The translations under genes were made by a program, and so were the position numbers. Below are positions 12,460 to 25,315 of a stretch of 64,000 bases of DNA, one piece after another (position 1 is the first letter of the stretch; each line of letters opens with the position of its first letter). Below the pieces are notes generated by a model. That model had not been told where the DNA came from, did no database searches, and saw only the letters and a list, made by a program, of their open reading frames with translations. The stretch spans positions 507,656,001 to 507,720,000 of the forward strand of contig NW_027362771.1 of assembly GCF_046119375.1 (NCBI RefSeq). Direction: 5' to 3'. Origin of the DNA: Phyllobates terribilis (Eukaryota).

Positions 12460-13195
12460 TACACTCTGCACCCCATCTTGACTGAAAAAAAACAGAAATG
12501 TAGAAATTTTTGCAAATTTATTAAAAAAGAAAACTGAAATATCACATGGTCATAAGTATTCAGACCCTTTGCTCAGTATTGAGTAGAAGCACCCTTTTGA
12601 GCTAGTACAGCCATGAGTCTTCTTGGGAATGATGCAACAAGTTTTTCACACCTGGATTTGGGGATCCTCTGCCATTCTTCCTTGCAGATCCTCTCCAGTT
12701 CCGTCAGGTTGGATGGTGAACATTGGTGGACAGCCATTTTCAGGTCTCTCCAGAGATGCTGAATTGGGTTTAGGTCAGGGCTCTGGCCGGGCCAGTCAAA
12801 AATGGTCACAGAGTTGTTCTGAAGCCACTCCTTTGTTATTTTAGCTGTGTGCTTAGGGTCATTGTCTTGTTGGAAGGTGAACCTTCAGCCAAGTCTGAGG
12901 TCCAGAGCACTCTAGAAGAGGTTTTCATCCAGGATATCTCTGTACTTGACCGCATTCATGTTTCCTTCAATTGCAACCAGTCATCCTGTCCCTGTAGCTG
13001 AAACCCCCCCCCCATACCATGATGCTGCCACCACCATCTTTCACTGTTGGGATTGTATTGGGCAGGTGATGAGCAGTGCCTGGTTTTATCCACACATACC
13101 GCTTAGAATTATCACCAAAAAGTTCTATCTTCGTCTCATCAGACCAGAGAATCTTATTACTCATAGTCTGGGAGTCCTTCATGTGTTTTGTCTGT
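12460..13195 (-). mobile_element. Degenerate Tc1 element (Tdr1/Tc1DR-like)
   Basis: Minus ORFs 12967-13314 ([12 protein letters not shown]...GGGSIMVWG) and 12573-12809 (WPGQSPDLNPIQHLW...GASTQY). TIR-type motif cataagtattcagaccctttg. Confidence 0.85.
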
Positions 13196-13448
13196 TTACA
13201 CAGGCCAATTATCGAGAAATGAGTGCTCCTTGAAATGCTCATTCCTGATAATTGACCTGTGTAAATGCTCCCTAAACTCATCCAAAATGTTGAACACACT
13301 CCACAAATATACACACTTACTAGTTACTATCCTTAAGGAATAAAAATCTATAGATAGCATGCTCTTCTACATCTAAATAATAATAATGTAATATATAATG
13401 TAATATAATGTACTCTTAAATAGTGCTACTGTGAACAGGTTATTGGGA

Positions 13449-14290
13449 TGTAACACGCAGACAGAGATGACCGATGCAGTCTGGATCTGAGGTCTTGATC
13501 GGCGTAGTCTGGATCTGGGGTCTTGACTGATGCAGTCTGGATCTGATGTCTTGAGTGATGCAGTCTGGATCTGAGGTCTTGATCGGCATAGTCTGGATCT
13601 GGGATTTTGACCAGCGCAGTCTGGATCTGGGGTCTTGACCAGAATAGCCTGGACTTCGGTGCTTGATGCTACGGGTCTGGGTGGTGGAACCTCTGTGTTG
13701 TGATACAAGGAGGGACCAGAGGGTAACTAAGTGCCTACCCGGACCAACCCTGGCTACGTGGTGGCTTAATCGACTCCGCGAACCAACGAGGAACTGGGAA
13801 GGTGGCCCAGGTGCCATCAGGCACAGCAGATGAGCACGGTAGGTAGGCAGACAGGTGATGCAGGTAGGCAGACAGACTTGGCTGGCAGACTGACAAGTTG
13901 ACACGGCTGGTAGACAGACTGGTGGGCACGGCTGATAGACAGGCTGGTGGGCACGGCTGATAGAAAGGCTGGCAGGCAGCACTGAAACCTGAGGGCTGGA
14001 GAAGTGCTAGAACACAAAACTACAGCTTTGCACAGGCACCTCCATTTTGGAGGAAGTGCCTTATATAGGGGCAGTCCTCTGGTCATTGGCCGGGGACTTT
14101 TTAGGACGGCGTGCATGGCCCCTTTAAGAGGGAGGGAGCGCGTGCCCTAAGTACAGTGCCCGGGGATCTGCGCGCGGTGCGTGCACCCCGGGCAGAGGCA
14201 GCGAGGGAGACGGAGGACGCCGGACCGAGACCACGGCGGTGAGGGGATCGGAGTCTCTGCCGGGTAGGAGGCAGAGACGCTGATGCTACA
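13449..14290 (-). mobile_element. Solo LTR related to the Gypsy element at 40971-47480
   Basis: TGTAGC...GTTACA termini on the minus strand. TATATAA at 14067-14061 is followed by GGCACTTCCTCCAAAATGGAGGTGCC as in the full element. Internal 28-bp tandem repeat at ~13475-13640. No matching TSD. Confidence 0.8.
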
Positions 14291-17242
14291 CTTGACCTAC
14301 GATGTCCGACTGGTCTCAGTCCCTGGCCACTCCTCGACCACTCTGCCTCTGCGTTCCACCGCTCACACATCCTTCCTTTCTCACTGGTTCCCGCCAACTG
14401 CTTTCCCGCCTTTTCGCTCCACCCTTTTGTATTTGGTAACGCGCTACAGCTACCCCCTCACCTGGTGCTCTCTTCAAATCCATTCCCCCAGGAATGGTTC
14501 CTCTATCCTCCGGTTCCATCTTACTCAGCTTGCTCTATAGATGGTGACATTTGGTCACAAGTGTCGTGGAACTTTGAAGGACCGTGTCTTCGACTCCCCA
14601 CCCACTTACACTACCATGCGGTTGACCTAAACTATAAAGCCTTAATGCCACTGCCAATTATCTTCTAAATGTATGTTAATGAGAATATACTGTAACTGCA
14701 GCAGACTAAACAGGATTTATTTTTTGGCTGTAACCATGGAAACATATCAGACTGTATAGGGCCAGTAAGCACAAAAAAAGGGTAGAGAATGTTTAAATTG
14801 ATTGCTGTAAGTTTGATTCATTTTTTATTTAAGATGCTCTGATGCAATACAAAATGTTTTGAAACGTTTATGTATATATCCTTTAAAGGGGTTTCCAAGG
14901 CTTATGATACTTATGACCTTTCCCAAAATATGTCACCAATCAGATCTCTAGGTCCGACACCCCTACAATCAGTTGTTATCAGCTCTGCTGGCAGCTGGAT
15001 GTAAATAATGAACGGAATCAGAACAGCTCAGCTCCGTTCTCTGCCGATAACTGCAACTTGGCTCCTGTTGAAGTGAATAGAGGCTGAGCTGCAGTACCCA
15101 GGAACGGCCACAATATAGTAATGGAGCTGTGCTGTTCTGGCCACATCCGGCCATCGATGGCGCTAATAACAGCCGATCGTGGGGGTGCATATCCCATATT
15201 AATAGCCTATCCTAAGGTCTCCTGCAGACAACAGTTTTTTCTGGTCTAAGTGTGATGTAAGAAAACATCGGATGACACTCGGACCAATGTTATTCTATGG
15301 GGCTAGTCACATGTCCGATTATTTTGCCCAGACAGAGTTTTTCCAAGGACAAAAATCACAGCATGTACGATTTGCATAGTACTCGGCCATGAGTCTGTTA
15401 AAAATATCGGACCGCAATCAGATGACATCTGAGTACAGTCTGATTTTCACGGACTGACAGAATGGAGAATTTTTTTTTCCCCCCATCTTCACATCCCAAA
15501 AAAAAATCAGATCACACTCTGTTCAGGGTCTGATTAGCATAACCAGTCATCAGTATCAGAAACCTGGACTTTCAGGTCTTTTATAAACCATAAACCTTGA
15601 AACCACCAATAAATACTTGGCACCGAGGAGAGTAGTCATTGTGTCGCAGCAGCTCGTTTGCCTCTGTACTGGGCTGTGATGCCTTGTGTACACGTGCGGC
15701 AGTACGGTCAGTGAAGATCAAGGACAATTTTATTGTTGACTTTTGCTTTCAGTCCCACAGGACAATTATCATTACAATTGCTCTGGAACACTAGCATATG
15801 GTGATGATACGCAACTGAAACAGGCCTTTAGGGTATCCCGTAAAATGGACAGGACAATTTACTGTGCAATTTCTCTTGAGTACACCAATACCCCATCCGT
15901 GGAGGAAAACTACTGTTTGGGTGCACAGCAGGGCTCGAAATGGAAGGAGAACCATTTGACTTTTGAAGCGCAAAATCATCTGGAATAGATATCGGACACC
16001 ATGTCACGTTTGGGGAGCCCCTGATGTGCCTTAAGCAGTGGAAACCCACACTAGTGACCTCATTTTGGAAACTGCACCCCTCAAGGAATTTATCTAAAGG
16101 TATGCTGAGCATCTTGAACCCACAGGTGAGGCAAGGAATTTTAAAACATTTCGACCGTGAAAATTAAAAATGACGATTTTCCTCCAAAAATGTTGTTTTA
16201 GCCCCAAATTTTTCATTTTCACAAAGGTAACAGGAGAAAATAGACCACAGAATTTGTTGTGCAATTTCTCCTGAGTACAGGGATGCCCCATATGTGCTCA
16301 GAAACTCTTGTTTGGGCAAACGGCAGGGCTTGGAAGGCAAGGAGCGCTATTTGATTGTTAGGAGTGTGAAATTGTCTGGAACAGATTGGACGCCGTTTCG
16401 CATTTGGAGAGCCGCCAAAATATACGTATTTATTGGTGTAATATTTTTTGTTCTTCATTTTGTGTTTTTTTTTTTTAATACATTTTTTCAATCTTCTTAA
16501 CTTTTTTTACTTAGTCCCTCTATCCGACTTTATCTTTTATTAGTCTGATCACTTGTCTCATGCATTGCAATGCATGAGACCTATGATATTACAGAGGCAG
16601 ATTGCCTGTTACACCCTGCCTATGGCTGGGTCTCACAGGCCACCGTACCTGGCGACCATTGTTTGACCTCCGGGTGCCATGAGAACCCTTGGCTCCCCGT
16701 GATTTTGTCGAGGGGGTGCCGATGGGGATGAGAGAGGAAGCCCCCCTCCCTCTCACAACCTTCCAAATGCCGCGATCGCTATCAATCACGGCATCTGGAG
16801 GGTTAATCAGACGGGCTGATCACATGCTGTGATCGGTCAGCCTGATTGACACACAGCAATGGCGCCCGCCGCCATCACCGTTAACAGCTGATCGTCAGAG
16901 GTGCCAGTGTCGGACCCAAACCGATCAGACATTGATGCCCTATCCGAAGGATAGGGGCATTTCCTGTTGGTAGGACCCCTATATAGCCATACATCTATGG
17001 CAGACTGGGTGGATGTGCCATACATGTACGAGATGGGAATACCCCTGGAGGGAGGGCGCCCCTTTCACTGTCGCAAAAACTTTACCAAATAAATAAAGTT
17101 GAAGCAGCAAAATCTGCCCCCTTCAGATATGAAGGGAAAAGCCCTGGACAGGTCCTCCCACCTTGGGGATCTGTAGATGGTAATGTGAGCGGGAACAAAG
17201 TACACAGGAAACCGCGATATGACAGCTGCAGATGAAAGAGGC

Positions 17243-17252
17243 GCGCATGCGC
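17243..17252. promoter_or_regulatory. NRF1-type motif GCGCATGCGC in the PCYOX1 proximal promoter/5' region
   Basis: Perfect palindromic NRF1 core 36 nt upstream of the PCYOX1 ATG in a CpG-rich patch. Confidence 0.5.
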
Positions 17253-17287
17253 ACTAGTGGCCCGGACTAGGAAGCCTGCAGGACGCC

Positions 17288-17390
17288 ATGCAGCTCTCGG
17301 CCGCCGTCTCGTCTATGCTGTGCGGTGTTATACTGTGCAGCCTGCGGGCGGCAGCGGTACCGGACCTGCGGCATGCACCCAACAAGATCG
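17288..17390 (+). CDS. PCYOX1: Prenylcysteine oxidase 1, coding exon 1 (signal peptide)
   Basis: gccATG; MQLSAAVSSMLCGVILCSLRAAAVPDLRHAPNKI; donor G|gtaagc; 103 nt, phase 1. Confidence 0.92.
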
Positions 17391-17589
17391 GTAAGCATGG
17401 TAGTAATGAGGGTGGTCTGTACAGGCAGGGGAGGGCTGGGAGCAGTGCAGGCGCTAACCTGCGGGTAACGAGAGAAGCAGAAGGAGCTCTGCAGGTCTGT
17501 CCCGATACACTGAGCTCCAGGGGACAGGGGAGGACAGGGGAGGACGTGTGTCCACTATTCAGCAATTCTGTTTCCCTAAACGTGTGCAG

Positions 17590-17710
17590 GTGACAGTGTG
17601 CATGGCGCAGACATATGTGCAGGTGTGCATGGCGCAGACATATGTTCAGGTGACAGTGTGCATGGCGCAGACATATGTGCGGGGGTGCATGGCGCAGACA
17701 TATGTGTATT
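17590..17710. repeat. Short tandem repeat (20/28-nt units, gtgcatggcgcagacatatgt) in PCYOX1 intron 1
   Basis: Four copies are visible. They explain the repetitive ORFs 17254-17748 and 17548-17877. Confidence 0.8.
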
Positions 17711-18229
17711 GTGCCAGTGTGCATTGTTGGGTGATGGCAGCAGGACACCTGAGCTCTGCAGCCCCCACATTATTCCACAACCATTTGGCTGTTCCTTCAG
17801 AGGGTCATCAGCGCTTTGTAAATCACAGGACTGTCCGTGTTGTCACACGCGGACCCCTGGACGTCTGTAGTCAGTAACAATACCCGTGCAGTGTACACAC
17901 AAAGTCCATATAAACTCTCAGAAGCAGATTATGGCCACCCTGTAGTATATATTTTGCTCCTTTCCCCATCCTAGAGATTAAATTAATACAAACGGTGATG
18001 AGGAAACCAGATTATTGTGCCCCCTAACCAAGTAATCATTCCCCCTTAAAAGAAATAATAATCCCACCCTAGTACACCCTTAACACAAATAATGCGTTTG
18101 TTACATTTTTTAAAAATTTCTCATCCAGTCACTCATTGTAGATCCCTATAGCCAGTGCAGCAGCATAGACTACATGCGTAAGAGGCGGTTGCTCTGGGCC
18201 TAAAATTTCAAAGGCAAAAAAAATATTCA

Positions 18230-18785
18230 ACTTTAGCATGAAGTGCTCTAAAATTTCCTGGTAGACGGCTGCGCTGACTTTGGTCTTGATAAAACACAGT
18301 GGACCTACACCAGCAGATGACATGGCTCCCCAAACCATCACTGATTGTGGAAACTTCACACTAGACCTCAAGCAGCTTGGATTGTGGCCTCTGCACTCTT
18401 CCTCCAGACTCTGGGACCTTGATTTCCAAATGAAAATTGTATCTCTGGGACCTTGTGGAGTGTGTCAATGACGGCCTTCTGGACATCTGTCAAGTCAGCA
18501 GTCTTCCCTATGACTGTGGAGCCTACTGAAACAGACTAAAGGACCTTTTTAAATGCTTAGGAAGCCTTTGCAGGTGGTTTTTGTTATTCTAATTTACTGA
18601 GATAATGACTTTTGTGTTTTCATTGGCTGTAAGTTATAATCATCAACATTAACAGAAATAAACACTTGAAATAGATCACTCTATTTGTAATGACTCTATA
18701 TAATATATGAGTTTCACTTTTTGTATTGAAGAACTGAATTAAATTAACTTTTTGATGACATTCTAATTTTAGTGAGATGCACCTG
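18230..18785 (-). mobile_element. Internally deleted Tc1 element
   Basis: Minus ORF SVKFPQSVMVWGAMSSAGVGPLCFIKTKVSAAVYQEILEHFM. Terminus CAGGTGCATCTCACTAAAATTAGAAT next to TA. Confidence 0.8.
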
Positions 18786-20229
18786 TATTATCTGAGGATG
18801 CTGAAAATACTCGGATAAGAGCGAGTATGCTTGGAATAGCACGTTATCCGAGCACATTCGCTCAACACTAATTACCAAGACAGAAGCCAGGGTCCAAAAT
18901 GACTTTTTTGGCTTCATATTCTCTTGGGTTTCTGATTGGCAGAAGAATGAACATAAGTAAAATCATTTTGTCCTTGAAAATTGTGCAACATTTTAGTTGG
19001 AATAAGTCCATAATTGCATAAACAATTTTACATGTCAGGACGTGAATAAACTTAGTCTGTCACCCTTAGTCCTAATAAAAATCAAGTCTGCTTAGTTTAG
19101 TTTATTTTATCTTTATCCAGAAAATGATCTTTAATCCTGATGCAAATGTAGTCTGCGCACCCTTGGCGTGGCCAAAACTTTGTGCTCCTTTCCGCCTCTC
19201 CCCCTTTGCTGATTGACAGTGCTGTCTGAACTGAAAACAGCCGTGCGCACCCGGTGCAGGAGCGCACACATCTATCTTTCCTGTCTAGAGCGAGCTAAGA
19301 AAACTAAACAACATGGATGATTTTTAGAAGGGCTAAGTCCTCTAAATGACCATCTGATTAGTTGAAAGTGAATATTGAGGGTTACAGACTACCATTAACG
19401 TGTATGGGAACTGGCTGGCAAATTTATTGTAATTTTGTTTTAAAAAAAAAAAAAGGAAGCGCCTTACTGAACTTGTGGGCTCCCTGTAAAAATAGAGCTG
19501 CTGATCAAGTAAGAACACAAAGTTATTCTGTTTTGTACAAAACCATCTAAAGTTCACGATCCACCAGAAAAAGTTTATCAAAGGCCGCTCAGTGTACATT
19601 TATGTGAAATACGCTTTTAGTATCTTCTACGTGGAAATGTGATTGCTTAAACGTACTGGCCGGAAGCCTGAGACTGCCCTACCGCCAGATCCCGATCACA
19701 TCTTTCTGATTTATCTATTGCATTATGATTATGGAGGCAGTGAGTGCTATCAAATCGCCACCCGCAACAAGGTTCAAATGCATATTTCCCCTCGCTCATG
19801 ACAGCACAACGAGAGCGGGTCGGCCATCTAGGACAGGAAGCCTGTGGGTAAAAATGGTAGAGTCTCCCACTTTCCCTCAGTGGTTTCCTGTCCTAGAACA
19901 TGGAGATCTATGAATCTAGGATGTTCCCCGGTGAGGCATGGGTAGTTTCCTGTTAGTGAGTAGTTTCTCAGAACCTACCTTCACTTCCCAAAATCCTTTC
20001 CTCTCCTTTGGCACTTGTCTGGAAGGATGAGTCCCAAAGTGGAGAGTCAGTGGTGCTGCTGATCACCACCAGGAGTACATCTCCAGAAGTGACATATCCA
20101 ACACCGATGCTCTGGGTTGTAGAAGCTGGACACAGTTCACCAGACCTGTGGCAGGGGCTACTGGTAGTGTAGCACATGTGCAGAGCGCTGTGGAATTTTA
20201 ATAGATTACCACCATTACAAGAGCTCCTC

Positions 20230-21110
20230 TGTTAATTGGAGGAGAGACAGAGACCTTCCACGCAGCCCAAAGCTCACCTTCAATTTATAAAGAAGGTGGA
20301 TTTAGGGCTATTCGGGCTGCTACGTATGAAAGCTTCCAGGACTGAGAACATGGAGAGTCTAGAAGAACCAAATCATGATCCCTCTACCACCTCGCATGGT
20401 GCTTTGGGTGGTATGGGTGAGTGCCTATTTGCTGTGGAAAGGTTTTCTGCCTTGTTAATTCTAGCTTTTTATTAGACTAAGGAAAGATATTGCCTTTTGA
20501 TGAGAAGTGAAGTCCATTCTGTTTTGCAGGATAAAGCTTACCCCTATGACATCTGTTGGTAGCTCGGAGGATGAATTTGAGGAAGCGGACAGTGGGGTAT
20601 TAGATTCAAATAGTCCACCCTCCTCTTCTGATGATGGAAAGATGGGAAAATCCTTTACTTTATTCACCTGAAGACATTCATCAATTGTCTAAAATGATGA
20701 TCAAGGATCATTAAAGAGCCTAAGAAGTCAAGATCTGTTCAGGACGATATGTTTTGTAGCCTGGATGTTGGGAAGAGAAAGCCTTCTGTCATAAAAAGTG
20801 TAGCTGGCCTCATCGAGAGAGAATGGAAGAAACTTGACAAAAAAAAATGTTTTATTCCCAAAAGTGTAAAACGCAACTATCCATTTGAGGAATCTTATTT
20901 TGGGTTGTTGGGACAAGGCATTGAAAATTGATGTCACTATTTCTAGATTTCTAAAAGTCTTCTCTCTTTTTGACACTGGCTCTCCGATAGACCCTATAGG
21001 AAGGAATAAAGTTCTCTGAGGAGGGCCTGGGTATCGGGGGGGTCCTTGGTTTTTAAACCTGGTATCGCTAGTACATGTACAATTGTATCCCTTAGCTTTG
21101 AAACAAGCTA
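20230..21110 (+). mobile_element. DIRS-type retrotransposon ORF1 (gag-like) fragment, degenerate
   Basis: An acidic SSEDE-rich stretch is followed by LIEREWKKLDKK...PKSVKRNYPFEE and D-P-x-G-R-like remnants typical of vertebrate DIRS ORF1. Broken frames. Confidence 0.6.
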
Positions 21111-22645
21111 CTTAAACCATAAGATGTGAGGGAACCTTTAAAGCCACGTTCACACATTGAGTATTTGGTGAGGTTTTTACCTCCAGTATTTTGTAAACTA
21201 AAACCAGGAGTGGAACATTCATTGGGAAAGTATAATAGAAACACGTCACCACTTCTGTATTTATCACCCACTCCTGGTTTTGGCTTACACTAAGGTAAAA
21301 TACTGACCAAATACTGAAGGTATGCACGTGGCCTTATACTTTTCCTCTGACTGTTCCACTCCTGGTTTTGGCTTGCAAATATTGAGGTAAAAAAACCTCA
21401 CCAAATACCCAATATGTGTACGTGGACTAAGGGTATGTGCATAAGTATTTGGTGCAGAAATTTCTGCATCTCTTGGTAGGAAAAATGTTGCGTAAAATAA
21501 GTGCGTTTTTGGTGCTGATTTCCCTCCACTCATTAATATGAGTGAAATCTGCAGCAAAGACTGACAGAATTGACATGCTGCAGATTTAAGTCTGGAAGTC
21601 AAAAATAAGCAACGTGTGCATGAGACTTTAGGATTCTCATTCAACTTGCTGCCATCATGGAAGCCTTCAGGTTTTGTGACAAATCTGTGCAGTGAAAAAT
21701 GTGACAAATCTGCAACGTGTGCACAGGCCCTTAGGGGGTCAGATTTTCTCCTCCCTACCAGAAAGCTGCCGATCCCTTGGCTGCCGCCTCCACTGATATT
21801 AGATTGGCAGCTAGGTCTACTCTCCTTATTAAGTCAGCATGTAGAGCCCTATGACTAAAGTATTGGCAGTGAGATAACCTATATTTAGATTTGTAACGTG
21901 TTATTCCCTGTGAACGAGTCCATTCGATCAGGGATTCGTCTTCTATTAATAATGGTCCCCTCCTGTGCCTTCATATATTAGTAATGCCCGCTTTGTGCCT
22001 GCGGTATGATATTGCCTTTTTTAAGTGAATCAAAAACCTGAAGCTCACAACCCCACTCCCATGATGAGCCACAGCTTCACTTCTCCGTCCTGAAGTTTTC
22101 AGCCCAGCGCAGGCGGTGCAAGGACTAGATGTCATCGTGGCGCCCAACCCTTCCCCCGCTCTAGTAAGCATACAGCAGTGGTGCAGGTGGGAACCAGTGG
22201 TTTTCGGGGTCTAGTCACAGTTGGACCCTTTGTGACTGTGATTGTTATTCCACTGGTACCAAAATGTATGTTAATAAGACAAAACCGACAGATTGCTTAT
22301 GGTCAGTTACCATGGCGATGCATAGGCCTGAAAACAAAACTTCAGATTTCTAACTTGCTTAATTTTTTAATTTTAGATTTATAAAAAAAAAAAATTATTC
22401 AAAGGTTGACACAGCCCTTACAGCGTCTGTTCACACTTGGCTTTTATTAGCACATAAACCTGCCAACTTTTCTGAATTTTGCAGGACTGTCTAGAATTTT
22501 CAGACACTGTCCCTGCAAATTTGAGTCCCTTGCTGAAAATTATGCAAACCCCACTCATAAAAAAATAAATAAAAATGGATGGGTTGAGGGTGTTCTCAGG
22601 AGAGTTGGGGACACTCATGGTAGGGGTTTGGTTGGTGGGACTTAA

Positions 22646-22994
22646 AGGGGTATTCCCATCTCCAAGATCCTATTCCTATATGGTAATAATAATATATTAT
22701 AATAGCAAATTCCTCCAGTTAGAAATATAGTATAGTTCTTCTGATTCACGATGTTGCTTACCCCATGTACCCGCACTGCAGTAGCTTTGGTATCCATGGT
22801 TACAACAACTAACATCTCACTATATCGGTGGCCGTAACCATGGATACCTAAGCTACTGCAGTGCCCTGTATGGGGAAAGCGACATAGCGAATCAGAAGAA
22901 CTATACTAAATTTTTAATTGGAGGTGTTTGCTCATATTATAATTATTATATCTACTACATATAGGGATAGGATCTTGGAGATAGGAATACCCAT
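22646..22994. mobile_element. T2/Kolobok-type MITE (TTAA TSD)
   Basis: TTAA|AGGGGTATTCCCATCTCCAAGATCCTAT ... ATAGGATCTTGGAGATAGGAATACCCAT|TTAA. Confidence 0.8.
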
Positions 22995-23487
22995 TTAATT
23001 TAAACGTCCCTGTTCCCCCAACAGAAATGTTATAAAGTAAGAGCAGGTCCACTAGGAAAGCTCCAAGCTCCCGACATACTCCCTCTACATGTTCATAGAT
23101 ATCTATTAGTCACGTGGAGGACAGAAGGGTCATTTTGGACTCCATTGCCAATTAATGTCAGCATACTTAAAAAAAAAAAAAAAAAAAAAAAAGTTTGGGA
23201 TAATGTATAAAGTTAACCCATAGGTGACGGAAGCCACTGATAGTACCCGTCACAGGCGAGCGTTAATTGTTTAGATGTATATGTCATGCAGTTTTTAATT
23301 GCTTTCCATAACATCTGTTTAATGGATGCCACCCTAGCCTGTGGGTGACTGATGCCGATGATGGGCACTCCCTTTATTGGATATGTCGGTAACTTTTTCT
23401 GCTGTATACATATACGGCTATATGAACAGGACCTTAAAGATCAGCTTTTTGAAGTTCTGAAATGTTTAATATCATTTATTTTTCTAG

Positions 23488-23694
23488 CTGTTGTGGGAGC
23501 TGGGGTCGGAGGAACATCCACAGCTTATTTCTTGCGACAGAAGTTTGGGAACCACGTCCAGATTGACATAATTGAAAAGGGAGAGATCGGAGGTCGTCTG
23601 TCAACCATAGAGATGGAAGGGAAGCATTATGAGTCTGGGGGGTCCGTTATACACCCTCTGAATCTGCACATGAAATCATTCGTGAAGGAGTTGG
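23488..23694 (+). CDS. PCYOX1: Prenylcysteine oxidase 1, exon 2 (FAD-binding GxGxxG)
   Basis: tttctAG|; [21 protein letters not shown]...[23 protein letters not shown]; |gtgagt; 207 nt. Confidence 0.97.
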
Positions 23695-25039
23695 GTGAGT
23701 AACAACTAAAATAAGACACATAAGAACCTTTAGTTTAGAACGGATAAATGCACAGACTGTATCACTGACAGAGTATAAGTGGGACTGCTGGGCGGCTGCT
23801 TTATTCATCAGCAGTCATAGTCAGTCAGTGAACATGGAAGACTTGTGTATAAAGCGTAGGTCCATTCTGCAGGGAATGTCAACAGTTGGACTCTTAGGCT
23901 AAGTGCTCACGATGCAGAAATGCTGCAGATTTTTTCTGCATCTCCCTGGCAGGAAAAAACGCATGCGGATTTTACATGCGTTTTTCCCGCCAGGTAGAAG
24001 GGTTTGTCAAGCGTTTTTGCATGCATTTCTGCATGCAGGTTATCAAGCGCTTTTCCAAGCGATTTTAGCATCACTTGGAAAGTGCTTGACAGCTTGGTCA
24101 CACTATATAAATCCATGCAAAAGGCCTGGATTTATATAGTGTGACCAAGTTAATAGCTAAAAAGAATAAAAATGGTAAAAAATAAAGATTATACTTACCT
24201 TCTGATGGCCCCCAGTGTTTTCTCCTCTGCGTCCGGTCTGTTTTATGGGTCGCGTGACCTGTCACATGACTAAATGACGTCATGGCTGGTCCTTTCACAC
24301 CACCGCGACCCATACAACAGACCGGACGCAGCGGAGAAAACACCGGGGGCCATCAGATGGTAAGTATAATCTTAAAAAAATTATTTTTTATTTTAAATTA
24401 ACAGGTTCTATGGTACTCGAGTCTGGAGGAGAGTCTCCTCTTCTCCAGACCCGGGTACCATCCGCACATTGAATCGCACAATATCCGCATGTGCATATGT
24501 GCTCATACGGATATTATGCGATTCAATGCAAGTCAATGGTGGCAATTACGCTGCGTGTCCGCAAAATTAATGGACATGCTGCTTATTTTTCCGCAATGAT
24601 AATCCACAGCGGAAATTTCCACAGCATGTACACAGCACATGCGGATTATCATTTGGGACCATGGAGCACGTATTACCAAGTGTTTTTTAAGCGTTTTCGC
24701 TGCGGAAAAAACGCATAGTGGGCACGTAGCCTTAGGGAAGAGTCAGACGAGGATCACATCGCAATTCTCGGACTTGCCGTCGGCTCTCCTGACTTGAGCC
24801 TGACAGCATGTATTTCTACGCTTGAGTTAGGAGGCCAGTCCGAGCATTGCATTGCGACCCTCATCCGAGTTGTACGGCTGTCTGACTATTCCCTTAAGCT
24901 GTATTAGATCCTGCCGTAGTCAGTATGTAATAGACTTTTATGTCAGACAATAAGACGTAAAGCTTTTGAGTCTTTACAGCCTTTTTTCCTGTAATTAAGC
25001 ATCCAGGCTTGGATGTAACCGATGACTTTTCCCTTCTAG

Positions 25040-25214
25040 GTCTCAATGCTCGCTCACTGAACGACGATCTGGTTGGAATCTATAATGGAGATGAGTTCGT
25101 TTTTCAAGAGAGTGAATGGTTTTTGGTTAATGTCTTCAAAATGCTCTGGAACTATGGTCTCAATTTCATGCGAATGTACATGTGGGTGGAAGACATATTG
25201 GATAAATTCATGAG
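25040..25214 (+). CDS. PCYOX1: Prenylcysteine oxidase 1, exon 3
   Basis: ccttctAG|; GIYNGDEFVFQESEWFLVNVFKMLWNYG...EDILDKFMR; |gtttgt; 175 nt. Confidence 0.97.
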
Positions 25215-25315
25215 GTTTGTAAATTTTAGATTCGCACATCATACAGGATATCTTGCGTTGTTTATATCTGCCTCTTATCATCCTCACCTCATCAGTGACA
25301 ATTAGGTGCTGTCTA

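Noticed and set aside
13373-14397. Several 99-180 aa overlapping ORFs
   Set aside because: They are produced by tandem repeats and GC-rich sequence inside the solo LTR.
14291-14668. About 125 open codons next to the solo LTR
   Set aside because: Pyrimidine-rich composition, no splice signals and no recognisable domain. It is not a PPT or PBS either.
15805-15830. GTGATGA...CTGA resembling C/D snoRNA boxes
   Set aside because: The boxes are only about 7 nt apart and there is no terminal stem or guide region.
1-17287. Expected syntenic neighbour TIA1 (upstream of PCYOX1 in human)
   Set aside because: No RRM-coding exons were recognised on either strand, so the gene is outside the window or elsewhere.
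17391-17593. Continuation of the 101-aa ORF starting at the PCYOX1 ATG
   Set aside because: This is read-through into intron 1 past the strong G|gtaagc donor. Spliced exon 2 restores the FAD motif.
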